A stretch of DNA of 64,000 nt from an uncultured Pseudomonadota bacterium (lineage in GTDB: Bacteria > Oederibacteriota > Muellerivitia > Muellerivitales > Muellerivitaceae). Shown here one piece after another: positions 9,926 through 19,877 of the stretch. Location of the stretch: the NCBI GenBank assembly GCA_963836235.1, contig CAWIIP010000001.1, positions 320,001 to 384,000 of the forward strand, read 5' to 3'. A model generated the notes under the pieces. It saw only the letters and a list, made by a program, of their open reading frames with translations, searched no databases and was not told the DNA's origin. The position numbers were made by a program, and so were the translations under genes. Position 1 is the first letter of the stretch. Every line of letters begins with the position of its first letter.

Positions 9926-10033
9926 CGATAAATCGGTGGCAATTATTTTTTAGAGTTTAATTTCATCCAACTGGACTAGGTGCCGTTAACGTGGCGCTTC
10001 AACCGCTTGCCAACTTTTGTCCTGCCGCTCGGG

Positions 10034-10888
10034 TCAAAATGTCATTTGAAAAGACTCCCTGTGGTCCTGCGCCCATTCCCGGAACCTGTGCGGCGGTAAT
10101 CCGGTGACCTCCTCGACGGTGGGCGTGATCAGGACCGGCGTCCCAACCAAGGCGGGCCAAGCCGCCAAAAGCATGTCGACAACAGGGGCCGGCCACTTTT
10201 GGAACAATTCCACCCTGGCGACCGAGGGCGTCACCTCTTCAAAGCGCAAAGGGCGGCCGAGTACCTCTCCAATCACGCGGACTTGGTCCAGATGGCTCAG
10301 GGATTCAGGGCCCGTTAGGACATATTTGGCATGGTTGTGGCCCTCGTCCAGGAGCGCATGGACTGCCACGGCCGCGATATCCCTCTCGTGAATCGGCGCC
10401 GTCCGGGCGGCACCATAAGGCCAGCGCACAAGGTTCCCGGATCGGATCTGCGGCGCCCACCAAAGTCTGGCATTATTCATGAAGACGCCCGCCCGCAAGA
10501 AGGTCCAGCCGGATGGCCCCAAGGTGATCAGGCGTTCAATCTCAAAATGGATGGTCGACTCCCGATTGTTGTATACATCCACGCCGTCTCGGATGGTCAT
10601 ATTCGATAGAAATACGATTCTTTCAACCCGCCCGGCCAACTTTTCCAGGATCCGGGAAGCCGCGGTCAGCGGCGCGCACCAAATTAAAAAAACCGCGTCG
10701 ATCTCCCCCACGTCATCCAGACATTCCGGGTCCGTTAAATCCCCGTGCAAGAGTTCGACCTGCTTTGGAAGGCCAGGGGCTTCAGTTCTTCGCGTGAGAG
10801 CCTTCACGCGAACCCCCTTTTCCAACAGCTGGCGCACGACCTGGCCTTCGACATTACCCGTGGCTCCGATGACCAGAACAGGTTTCAC
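10034..10888 (-). CDS. NmrA-like/atypical SDR NAD(P)H-binding protein
   Basis: VIGATGNVEG, WTFLRAGVFMNN, IHERDIAAVA and LTGPESLS motifs. Confidence 0.85.
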   Translation of the reverse strand: MKPVLVIGATGNVEGQVVRQLLEKGVRVKALTRRTEAPGLPKQVELLHGDLTDPECLDDVGEIDAVFLIWCAPLTAASRILEKLAGRVERIVFLSNMTIRDGVDVYNNRESTIHFEIERLITLGPSGWTFLRAGVFMNNARLWWAPQIRSGNLVRWPYGAARTAPIHERDIAAVAVHALLDEGHNHAKYVLTGPESLSHLDQVRVIGEVLGRPLRFEEVTPSVARVELFQKWPAPVVDMLLAAWPALVGTPVLITPTVEEVTGLPPHRFREWAQDHRESFQMTF

Positions 10889-11027
10889 GATGATTCCTCC
10901 TAGGCTCTAAAAAGGCAAACGGGATGTAATTGAAACATCCTTTTGGCCGATTTTGAATTTAATGACGGTTTATTTTGACGATTGTCCGGTAGAAGGGCAG
11001 AGGGAGATACCCAACCGGTCCGTCTTT

Positions 11028-11810
11028 TTAGGCCGGCTCGGAGAGGAACCCATCTAGGATTTTCTGGAATCCGGCCGGGTCTTCCAACGGAACCAAGTGG
11101 CCAACGCCTTCCAGGAGCCGAAGGTTGCTTCCGGGTATGGTCTTGGCCATGGTTTCGGCTTCCGTTGAAGGGATCAAGGCGTCCTCAAGGCCGGCCACCA
11201 CCCAGGTTTTGACCTTTAAGCCCGCCATCAGCCCCGTTTGGTCCCGGCGGTCGGCCATGGTGCGCTGGGCCAAGGCCACGGCGGCCGGGTCGGTCTTTTG
11301 AATCCAGTCCGTCAACCGCTTCGCGGCCAGGGGTTTCTTGGTCAAAGTGGACTTGCCCAAGAGGCCAGGAATCATGGCCTCAGCGAGGAATCCAACACCT
11401 TCTTTTTCAACGCGGTCGGCCATTTTAAGGCGGTTCTGCCGGGCTTCCGGCTTGTCCAATCCGGGCCTGGTGGAAACGAATAACACCTTATCCACCTGAT
11501 GCGGAAATTGGCGGATGAATTCCATGGCCCAGTAACCGCCCATCGAGATGCCGCCGAGAATAACGGGTTCATGAATTCCCTTTTGAATTAAATGATTTTC
11601 GAGGCCCTGAGCGGCTTCGACCAGTGATAATCCTGCCGGTGCCAAAGGTGAATTACCAAAACCGGGGAAATCAGGCAGGATTAATTGAAATCCCGGCGGA
11701 GGCGTCAGATACATCCAAAGTTGGTTCGAAAGCGGAAAGGCGTGCAAAAGAACAACGGGTTTACCAAAGCCCAACTGATAAGACTCAAGTTGCGGGACGC
11801 TCATAAGCAC
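11028..11810 (-). CDS. Alpha/beta hydrolase
   Basis: LLHAFPL, DFPGFG, GISMGG nucleophile elbow, GHL catalytic His. Confidence 0.88.
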   Translation of the reverse strand: MLMSVPQLESYQLGFGKPVVLLHAFPLSNQLWMYLTPPPGFQLILPDFPGFGNSPLAPAGLSLVEAAQGLENHLIQKGIHEPVILGGISMGGYWAMEFIRQFPHQVDKVLFVSTRPGLDKPEARQNRLKMADRVEKEGVGFLAEAMIPGLLGKSTLTKKPLAAKRLTDWIQKTDPAAVALAQRTMADRRDQTGLMAGLKVKTWVVAGLEDALIPSTEAETMAKTIPGSNLRLLEGVGHLVPLEDPAGFQKILDGFLSEPA

Positions 11811-11857
11811 CTCGTTAAATTGAACTTAATGGGTAGATGCCAAAGCTTTGCTTTAGG

Positions 11858-12832
11858 TTACGGAGCTAATTCTTTTAAATGAAAAACGGGTGTTTTGGGC
11901 TTCCGTCCACTTAGCGCCAAATGAATGTTTTCTGCGGCCAAAAGGGCCATTTGATCCCGGGTTTCCGTCGTGCCGCTCCCCAAATGGGGCAGGAGGGTGC
12001 AGTTGACGAGGCCTAGGAGCGAAGGATCAATCTTGGGTTCGAATTCATAAACGTCCAAACCGGCGGAATGGATAGTTCCCTTTTCAAGGGCCTGAGCCAA
12101 GGCCTTTTCATCGTGAATGGGCCCCCGGGCCGTATTGATGAAGATAGCCGTTTTTTTCATTTTGCGAAATTCTTTTGAGGTGAAACGGTGGCGGGTCTTG
12201 GGCGTTAAGGGGGCATTGACACTCAAAAAATCAGAACACTCTAGAAGGATTTCGAAAGGCACATACTTGGCGTTCAACCGCCGTTCCAAAGACGCGGGAA
12301 CCCGGTGCCGTTGGTGGTAAAGGATTTTCATGTCCCATCCCCTTCCCCGGCGGGCGACGGCCTGGCCGATGCGCCCAAAGCCATAGAGGCCAAGCGTTTT
12401 GCCAGACAAATCCAGCCCCAACAGCATCAAGGAATGCCAACCCTTAAATTTTCTAGCCCGGACCAGCCTTTCGCCTTCGGGGATTCGTCTAGCGCAAGCC
12501 AAAAGAAGCGCCCACACGATGTCAGCAGTGGCTTCCGTCAGGACTTCTGGAGTGTTGGTGACCCAGATACCACGGTCCTTGGCGGTTTCAATATCAATGT
12601 TGTTATAACCAACGGCGTAATTGGCCACGCATTTCAATTGGGGGGCGCCTTGAAAAACCTTCCGAGAAATGGGGTCGGCTAGGGTGGTTAATAAGGCTTG
12701 GAAGGGTTTTACTTGGATGATCAGTTGAGATTCGGTCAGTTGTTTTCGATTCCAAGTGACTTGGTAATACCTAGACAGGTATTCAAAAGCCACCACTGGA
12801 ATTTGATTGGTAATCAGAACCCGTTTTTTCAA
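11858..12832 (-). CDS. D-2-hydroxyacid dehydrogenase (glyoxylate reductase/D-glycerate dehydrogenase)
   Basis: AVGYNNID, GFGRIG, INTARG, AGLDVYEFEP and PHLGS motifs. Confidence 0.9.
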   Translation of the reverse strand: MKKRVLITNQIPVVAFEYLSRYYQVTWNRKQLTESQLIIQVKPFQALLTTLADPISRKVFQGAPQLKCVANYAVGYNNIDIETAKDRGIWVTNTPEVLTEATADIVWALLLACARRIPEGERLVRARKFKGWHSLMLLGLDLSGKTLGLYGFGRIGQAVARRGRGWDMKILYHQRHRVPASLERRLNAKYVPFEILLECSDFLSVNAPLTPKTRHRFTSKEFRKMKKTAIFINTARGPIHDEKALAQALEKGTIHSAGLDVYEFEPKIDPSLLGLVNCTLLPHLGSGTTETRDQMALLAAENIHLALSGRKPKTPVFHLKELAP

Positions 12833-12856
12833 GGAAACCCCTGAATTTTGATGAAA

Positions 12857-13519
12857 TCAGGTTCCGGGAGTTACGGTTCCGGTTGGAGTGATTGTCTCTT
12901 TGGGATTCACTACGTTAGTGATTTTTTGCCATAAACTAGGTGGAGGCGTGGGCGTTACAGTGGGGGTGGTTGTTGCCGTAGGGGAAACCCTTGCATCCAG
13001 AAGGATTTGTCGGTCATGTCCCCCGTTCTCGAATGATGGGGTTCCCTGAATATTAACTCGATACATCACATTGACCATCTCAATCAGATCGGTTTCGATG
13101 GCGTATTCGGATTTTTTAAGGTTATAGAATTTGCCATATATTGTTATTTTTGTTCCTTTTTGCAATTGTTCCAGTTCGTGAAGATCTCCAACACTCGTGT
13201 GGATCAAAAGAATAGGGAATGAATAATGGAAATCATCCTTTTCTTCGATCGTAAACTGCAAAAGATTATAATCCGCGACATTGTCCCCGATAGCATTTAA
13301 GCGTTCCTTGTAAGTGTAAGGCGACAACCATTTATAAGATGAAAAATGGCCGGTGACTTGAATGAGCCTTCCATCGTTGATCTCTAAGTAATGGGACCGT
13401 AAAAAGTCCAAATTAATTGATTCATAATTTGAAATGTAATAATCGGGAGCGGGCTTAGCGATCATCGATCCGGTTAATAAAAGGATCAAAAAAAGTGACG
13501 AAAGAATAATTTTTTTCAA
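12857..13519 (-). CDS. Exported hypothetical protein with Pro/Thr-rich tail
   Basis: Signal peptide; C-terminal PTATTTPTVTPTPPP...TPTGTVTPGT. Confidence 0.65.
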   Translation of the reverse strand: MKKIILSSLFLILLLTGSMIAKPAPDYYISNYESINLDFLRSHYLEINDGRLIQVTGHFSSYKWLSPYTYKERLNAIGDNVADYNLLQFTIEEKDDFHYSFPILLIHTSVGDLHELEQLQKGTKITIYGKFYNLKKSEYAIETDLIEMVNVMYRVNIQGTPSFENGGHDRQILLDARVSPTATTTPTVTPTPPPSLWQKITNVVNPKETITPTGTVTPGT

Positions 13520-13644
13520 AAACCGACTCCTTGAAGGACTGGCATCGTTTTGAAGCGCCTTATTATAACGGCTCCCATGGGTGTCACCAACTGCTTTTTA
13601 CCGTCTTCGGCTAATGGGTGAAGTCAAAATACGATGATTTTAAC

Positions 13645-16600
13645 TTAAAACATTGGGGCTAGGTTGAAGTGAAAGGTTGGCGGAAGGGATTGGTCCAACC
13701 TCCAGGCAACATCAAATCGGAACATGACCAATGCTCTTTGGTAGAGAAAGGTGTAGAAACGAATTCCGGTTCCAACGCTGCTCAAAACCTGTGAATTCGA
13801 AAAATCTTGCAATTGATCGGACACGACGCCAGCATCCAGAAAAGCCGCCAACTCAATGTCTTTGATCAAGAATAAAGACAAAGGTTGCGGTATGAAATTC
13901 ATATTGGTCGCAATGGGATAGCGTAGTTCGGTGTTCAAGAGGCCCAAATTACTTCCAAAAAAAGTATCGCCGCCATAACCCCGAATAGTCGTGAAATAAG
14001 CTTGAAAGGGGGCGTCATCCCCAATGAAAAAAGTTTGGGGATTGGGTCCTTGGGATGTCATTGCGATGAAACGATTTGCCCAAACCAAATGGTTTAAAAA
14101 ACCGATATCGGCAAAAGCCTGTGTTTCAAATAGCAGATTGGCAAAGGAAATGTTGGAATCTAAAACCGGTAGCGCATGCAGGAGAGTGAAATTTAAGGCG
14201 TAGCCGCTGCTCGGCCAAAACTGTGTTCCCTTTCGCTTGTCTTGGATAAACGAAAGGCGATAGTAATTTGCCACGTTCCATTGATCCGTATTAAGGGAAT
14301 AATTAGAGATTCCTTCCGAGAATTGCAGGTAAATGGGACTGCCCAGAAAACGCTGGGTACCAACACCGTATTCAAAACGAGTAGTTGTATTAATGGGATA
14401 ACTAAAATTTAAGGAAAATCCATTTTCATTGTTTCTGTACTGATTAACGATGTCCCCAGTCTGGAGATCATAAATATTGAAGTAATTTTGATAATAGAAC
14501 AAATCCAGATCTATGGTCGTTCGCCATTGCGAAAACTCATAATTTGCCTCAACCCCTGTTCGAACTCCTGGAATGGTATCGCCGAGTATTCCCAAACGAT
14601 GGTCTCCTAAATTATCGCTTAATTGGGCTATTCCACCGCCCACGAACCCAAAAGAACTGTCGTAGCCCGCTAGGAAAAGAAGAATGTCGGGTGATAAGGT
14701 TAATTTGTAATCACTTGTGGTTGTTTTAAAGGAAGGATGAACTTCCGCAATGGGAGAAGGATCGCTTTCCCCCACGTTGTTCACCGCAGTGACGTAATAA
14801 AAATAAGTACCGTCGTTTTGAACGTCGTAATCGACATATCGGCCCTTTTTTGAATCAGTACTGGAGGTAGTGGCCAGGTATGCGAATCTAGCGCCGGCGG
14901 ATCTGGAACGATATATTTTGTAATTATCGACAGAATCAACAACGGCGTTTTCTGTGGGCCATTGAAGCTGGATAATGTTTGTCGCTTCTGATACTTCGAG
15001 GTGTGTAATCACGGACGGAGGCCTGCCGGACGACTTTTTTTCCAGAACCACCTCCGGCTCGTCACGATCATGGTCAATATTGACCGGTATTTCAAAATCT
15101 TTAACGGGCTCATTTGCGGCGATTGCAGGAATTATTTTCCCTGCATTCCCAAAAGAGTTGGCGATATATTTTAAATCATAAGGAGGGTTTTCTCCTTTTT
15201 CCAATTTCTCCGATGGGTAGGCATAGAGGCTCTCTTTGGTGTGCTGGTATAGTACGGGGTAAAGTACCGATTCGTCGGGGGAAAGGGAAAAATTCAAAAC
15301 ATCGGCGAATGTGCCGGTTAATTGAATTATAGAATCACCGGCAGGGCTCATTTTAAATAAATTAAAAATGCCTTTGTTCCGGTTTGAAGTGAAATAAATC
15401 GCAGTTTTGGTTAACTGAAAACTAGAAATGGTTCCAAGGTTTTTGCCGACAACCACTGGCTGGCCTTGGGGTAATCCATTCTCCCCTAGTGTTACCTTTT
15501 CAATTTGGGTGTTTCCGTCCTCTTCGGATAGATAATAAAGAAATTTTTGATCGGCGGAATAAGAAGCCCAGGATTCGCCTGCAAAATTATCCGTCAAACG
15601 ATCCACGTGCTTTGTGGCAATTTCATAACGGTATAAATCAACTGTTTTATAGTCAAACCCGGAAAAAACAATGTAGCGCTGATCGGGTGACCAGGCCGGA
15701 GAATAAACCGTTGGAAGACCATTTAAGGGACATTCTGAAAGTTTGAGGCTCTTCATTTCCAGCGTGTAGAGACCATATTCGCCTTCGCGACTGGCGGCAA
15801 AAGCCAGGAAATTTCCATCTGGGGACCAGGCCAGTCCGGATCCTTGAGGTTCGAAATGACGGTTCAAAATTTTTATTTTTTTCTTTGTAGCCGGGTCGTA
15901 GAGATCCAATTCCCCATTTTTGAGTAAGGCGATTTTCTTTCCATCGGGCGAGACAGCGCTTTTGGCCACGTCCTTTTCAATAGAGTCACCATAGCGTTCG
16001 GGCGAAGGCATTCCCTCGATTCTGGCCCACGTTTGAGATTTCATATAAAAATGCCAATTGTCGTAAAACTCATCGAGAGAAATCCCCAGAACATTTTTGA
16101 TGGCCGTATCAGGAGGTTGATTGGCCGCCATGCGCTTAAACAGTTGGACCACTTTTCCGTCGCCATAAACCTGGGTGACGTAGTCCAGTAGACTCTGGGA
16201 TTCCTTGTAGGCTACATAGACTTGTTCAAAATGATCGAACGATTCCATCAGGCTGAGTGGCATCACTTGGTCGTTTAATATTGCGTCCCTTAAAACCATC
16301 TCACCTTGAGCATCCAAATGTTGAGCGTTCCATTCCGCCATGCCTTCCATCATCCAATTTGGAACAAAAACAGCTTTGAACAAATTGACCGACCGCCACC
16401 CTTCCCCATAAATTAAATCGTATTGAAAAGCATGAGTCAACTCGTGGTGGATGACTTTCTCGAACTCGTGGTACGACCCATCCATGGGAACGGCGATTCG
16501 GTTTTTGAAAACTTCAGTAAAACCGCCCACGCCTTCCTGCAAAATTTCGGGGGTAATGTTGGTTTCCTCGAATTCCATCGGTGTGGCATAAATAAACAAT

Positions 16601-16875
16601 GGAATCTTGGTTCGAGGAACAAAATCAAAAGTCTCGCAGGTCTTTACAAAAGCTTTTTCCGCGTCATCCGCCGCAGTTTGGGCTAAAGTTTCGCATTTTT
16701 CGTAGAAATAAATTTGAAAGTGCTCGGTCTCCAGGATTTTCCAATGATGGTCGGTATGGTATCGAACCTTATTCGACCCAAATCCCAAATCTTGGGCCTG
16801 GGAAGAGGCGGCCATTAACGACAAAATAAAAAGTAGGAGTAACCGGGCAAGCTGGAATTGAAAAAAAAACTTCAT
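13645..16875 (-). CDS. Omp85/BamA-family barrel fused to a gluzincin-like metallopeptidase, TolB-like propeller and FN3 domain
   Basis: Signal peptide; HELTH...EGMAE; WSPDG repeats; FN3 (YKIYRS...YFYYVTAVN..GES); IRGY loop, ELRYP, VGTGIR and C-terminal Phe. Confidence 0.8.
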   Translation of the reverse strand: MKFFFQFQLARLLLLFILSLMAASSQAQDLGFGSNKVRYHTDHHWKILETEHFQIYFYEKCETLAQTAADDAEKAFVKTCETFDFVPRTKIPLFIYATPMEFEETNITPEILQEGVGGFTEVFKNRIAVPMDGSYHEFEKVIHHELTHAFQYDLIYGEGWRSVNLFKAVFVPNWMMEGMAEWNAQHLDAQGEMVLRDAILNDQVMPLSLMESFDHFEQVYVAYKESQSLLDYVTQVYGDGKVVQLFKRMAANQPPDTAIKNVLGISLDEFYDNWHFYMKSQTWARIEGMPSPERYGDSIEKDVAKSAVSPDGKKIALLKNGELDLYDPATKKKIKILNRHFEPQGSGLAWSPDGNFLAFAASREGEYGLYTLEMKSLKLSECPLNGLPTVYSPAWSPDQRYIVFSGFDYKTVDLYRYEIATKHVDRLTDNFAGESWASYSADQKFLYYLSEEDGNTQIEKVTLGENGLPQGQPVVVGKNLGTISSFQLTKTAIYFTSNRNKGIFNLFKMSPAGDSIIQLTGTFADVLNFSLSPDESVLYPVLYQHTKESLYAYPSEKLEKGENPPYDLKYIANSFGNAGKIIPAIAANEPVKDFEIPVNIDHDRDEPEVVLEKKSSGRPPSVITHLEVSEATNIIQLQWPTENAVVDSVDNYKIYRSRSAGARFAYLATTSSTDSKKGRYVDYDVQNDGTYFYYVTAVNNVGESDPSPIAEVHPSFKTTTSDYKLTLSPDILLFLAGYDSSFGFVGGGIAQLSDNLGDHRLGILGDTIPGVRTGVEANYEFSQWRTTIDLDLFYYQNYFNIYDLQTGDIVNQYRNNENGFSLNFSYPINTTTRFEYGVGTQRFLGSPIYLQFSEGISNYSLNTDQWNVANYYRLSFIQDKRKGTQFWPSSGYALNFTLLHALPVLDSNISFANLLFETQAFADIGFLNHLVWANRFIAMTSQGPNPQTFFIGDDAPFQAYFTTIRGYGGDTFFGSNLGLLNTELRYPIATNMNFIPQPLSLFLIKDIELAAFLDAGVVSDQLQDFSNSQVLSSVGTGIRFYTFLYQRALVMFRFDVAWRLDQSLPPTFHFNLAPMF

Positions 16876-16904
16876 TCAAAACCCTTCATAGGGTGAACAA
16901 TAGA

Positions 16905-18800
16905 TTACCGAAGAAGAGCCACCCAAAGGCTCTGACCAAGGGAGGGATACCATAATCCTTCGCTTGAGACAAAGGCCAGTTTGGCTCCATCGGGTGAGAT
17001 GGCGGGAGCATGATCAGATATTTGGGCCGGGATGAGATTTAAGACCGTTCCAAGGTTTGCGTCCAAAATTTTGATATTGATAAATGGCCCCCAAAACCCA
17101 AGGTCCATGCTTTGCCATAAACCTTCATGTTTTTCTTCGAAAATGATTTGTTGGGAATCCGGATTCCAAGCTAGGGTGCCTATCGATGCATTGGTCTCAT
17201 ATAGTTTATCTCGCTTCGTTCCATCGGTCCTCACGATATTGATTATGTTTTTATTCCCGTTTTTTGTTAAATAAAGATATCGAAAGCTATCCGGTGATGG
17301 AATGACCTTGAGTACAGTTCCTTCCGGTAAAAATTTTTCCCCCTGAACTTTTTCTAAATCCGATTTTAAGAGTTCTCTTTGATGAGTTTGCAAATTAAGA
17401 ACATAAAACAACCCATGGACACCATCGGCATAGGCAACTTCCTCATCGGTTTTGGACCAGGATGGGTTTTTTTTCGGGTTTTCAATGTTGACCCAAGAAG
17501 GCGTGTGGATGGGGTTTTCGGATGTTAAAAGAGTTTTAAATTTTCCGGTCGCAAGAGTCCAAACTTTTAACTGATACTTTCCGCCATTTTGTGTGACAAA
17601 GAGAAGTTGACCGTTTTTATCAGACCAAGGCAGACCATCTTCAAAAGGTTGCATACCTTGGATTTTCAACGGCGTGGAAGTTCCATCGGTGGCGTTCACT
17701 TTCCAAACTCCCCGCTGACTATTTTGGACTTTATCAATTAAAAGAAAATTGCCTTTCTGGACAAAAAGGGATCGAAAATCTTGTTCTCCGGCTGCAACCC
17801 TAAACGATGGAAGCGTTGGGATGTCAGGGTTCTGGTTTATGTCCTCGACTTGGAGTGTCCAGCCGACGGAATCTTTTTGTGTAAGAGCGATTTTAATATC
17901 ATCGGGTTTTGCTTTGTTCTGAAAATAATTCATAGAGGTAATACTGCCTTGAAGGCCTTTAGTAGTGGGGATCAACCCGACTAAGTTGGCTTGGGGATTA
18001 GAAAAGGGTAAAGCGTGCCAACCTACATGCCCCAATAGAAATATGGACACAACTAGGCAAGTGATTTTAGGCCACGCGCCCAGTTCCTCCACACCCTTAA
18101 TTTTTATAATCGCGCCAATTAAAACCGTGATCAGGGCAAGTAGTCCCACTAATAAACTTAGGAATACCATTTGGGCAAAAATCCAAAGGGAACAAGAAAT
18201 ACCAGCCAAAACAAGGGCCACTACAGCCATCCGAAGACCTGCAATGGATGGGAACCGGTTCATGGAATGGGATACTAAGTACCACAAAATATAAACAAAA
18301 AATAAAAAAACCAAAAATACAAGACCCATTGGGTTTGTAATCGGCTTTACCCATCCTAAACCGACTGGAAGAGCGTAAAAGAAACAACCAATTTGGAAGA
18401 AAAAAGCCTGGGCTGAAATTAGAGGGATTTTCCAGGCATGCGGGCTTTTCTTATTTTTCTTCTGGTCGGAGGTATATTCTGCTGCCGCCATGCTTCGAGC
18501 CAAACCTAAAAAAAAGAATCCGATTCCAATAATAAAATAGGGTAGATGTGGGAATAGTTGGTCCAAAATTGGTTTTAAAAATGAGGGAACCCAAGTGGAA
18601 TGGAGCTTGACCACAAGGCTTAAAATAACAAACCCCATGCCAAAAACGAGACAGGTTGTTGTGGTCATGAGTTGAACTGCTTTTTTAGACCATTCCGAAT
18701 TTTTTTTAGGTTTTGCGGGGGAAACGGATACCGTGGGAGCGGGTTCTGGAGTTGTTGGAACAGCCGGTGTATTGGTTGGCGGATTAATTGTTTCGGCCAC
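16905..18800 (-). CDS. Multi-TM membrane protein with C-terminal TolB-like beta-propeller
   Basis: Several TM segments in the N-terminal half; PSPDS, AWNPDS and PAISPDG PD40-like repeats. Confidence 0.65.
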   Translation of the reverse strand: MAETINPPTNTPAVPTTPEPAPTVSVSPAKPKKNSEWSKKAVQLMTTTTCLVFGMGFVILSLVVKLHSTWVPSFLKPILDQLFPHLPYFIIGIGFFFLGLARSMAAAEYTSDQKKNKKSPHAWKIPLISAQAFFFQIGCFFYALPVGLGWVKPITNPMGLVFLVFLFFVYILWYLVSHSMNRFPSIAGLRMAVVALVLAGISCSLWIFAQMVFLSLLVGLLALITVLIGAIIKIKGVEELGAWPKITCLVVSIFLLGHVGWHALPFSNPQANLVGLIPTTKGLQGSITSMNYFQNKAKPDDIKIALTQKDSVGWTLQVEDINQNPDIPTLPSFRVAAGEQDFRSLFVQKGNFLLIDKVQNSQRGVWKVNATDGTSTPLKIQGMQPFEDGLPWSDKNGQLLFVTQNGGKYQLKVWTLATGKFKTLLTSENPIHTPSWVNIENPKKNPSWSKTDEEVAYADGVHGLFYVLNLQTHQRELLKSDLEKVQGEKFLPEGTVLKVIPSPDSFRYLYLTKNGNKNIINIVRTDGTKRDKLYETNASIGTLAWNPDSQQIIFEEKHEGLWQSMDLGFWGPFINIKILDANLGTVLNLIPAQISDHAPAISPDGAKLAFVSSEGLWYPSLGQSLWVALLR

Positions 18801-18839
18801 AGAAGCCTCCGTTAGATGATTTGTCGACTAAAAACTATT

Positions 18840-19820
18840 TTAAAAAGCCCTGTATTCCAATAAATTTTCCCCTTCCCATTTTGAGAAAATAGAAAAGGGT
18901 AATAATCCCTTAAGATATTGCTCAAACCTGGCCGGGTGGTCGAAGCAAACTGTTGGTTCACCTTTCATTCCAGCCAAATCGGCGGTCAGTTGAACCGCAT
19001 CTTCGTAATTACCCAGCTGATCGACAAAACCTAACTGAAATGCTTTTTCACCGGTCAAAACCCGACCATCGGCGTAAGGAAGAATGTAATTTTTAATTTC
19101 CTGGTCAGTCACATCACTCGGTTTTTTACCCAATGACTTGGCCGCGTGATTTTGAAAAGCTTCACGACGGCCCTGGACAACGGCGTCTAAAAATTGGCCA
19201 AAAACATCATTAATCGTTTCTTGGACATATTCCCTTTCTTGGGGAGTCATGGGACGGTCCATTGATCCAGTGTCCTTAAATTTACCGCTTTTAATCGTCT
19301 GGTAGTTTAATCCAACTTTTTTGAATAAACCGGAGGCTTCCGGTACGTGCCAAATGACCCCAATTGACCCTGTTAATGTCCCTGGATTTGCCACGATTTT
19401 ATCGCAGGCGGAGGCAATGTAATAGGCACCCGAAGCGGCTAGACTCGCCATGCTGGCCACTACGATTTTTTTGTCTTGACGGGCGCTCAAAATTTCAGAA
19501 TAAATCTCCTGGGAGGGAGCCACTACCCCACCAGGGCTGTCCAGCCTTAAAATCAACGCTTTTTGAGAACTTTTTCGGAAATGTTTGATCAGCCGTACAA
19601 GGTCATCACTTTGATAAATAGGCCCTTCTATTTCGATAAGGGCGATCTCGTTGCTTGAGGAGAGCAATGATCCGCTTCCCGCTTTTCCAAATAAGTGCTG
19701 GATGGCGACGACTAAAAAAACAAAGCTTGTAACTACAAAAACACCAAAAATAAGAAGAACATAAAGAATAGTCTTATTTTTTTTGGGTGGTTCAGTTACG
19801 GGGCTTGGAGCAAGTTTCAT
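18840..19820 (-). CDS. sppA: Signal peptide peptidase SppA (36K type)
   Basis: LDSPGG, AASGAYYIA, TGSIGV, KSGKFKD and GFVDQLG motifs. Confidence 0.92.
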   Translation of the reverse strand: MKLAPSPVTEPPKKNKTILYVLLIFGVFVVTSFVFLVVAIQHLFGKAGSGSLLSSSNEIALIEIEGPIYQSDDLVRLIKHFRKSSQKALILRLDSPGGVVAPSQEIYSEILSARQDKKIVVASMASLAASGAYYIASACDKIVANPGTLTGSIGVIWHVPEASGLFKKVGLNYQTIKSGKFKDTGSMDRPMTPQEREYVQETINDVFGQFLDAVVQGRREAFQNHAAKSLGKKPSDVTDQEIKNYILPYADGRVLTGEKAFQLGFVDQLGNYEDAVQLTADLAGMKGEPTVCFDHPARFEQYLKGLLPFSIFSKWEGENLLEYRAF

Positions 19821-19877
19821 GGAAAAGCTATGGTAACAGACCGCTAAAACCGATGCAATATTAAGACGCCTAGGGTC

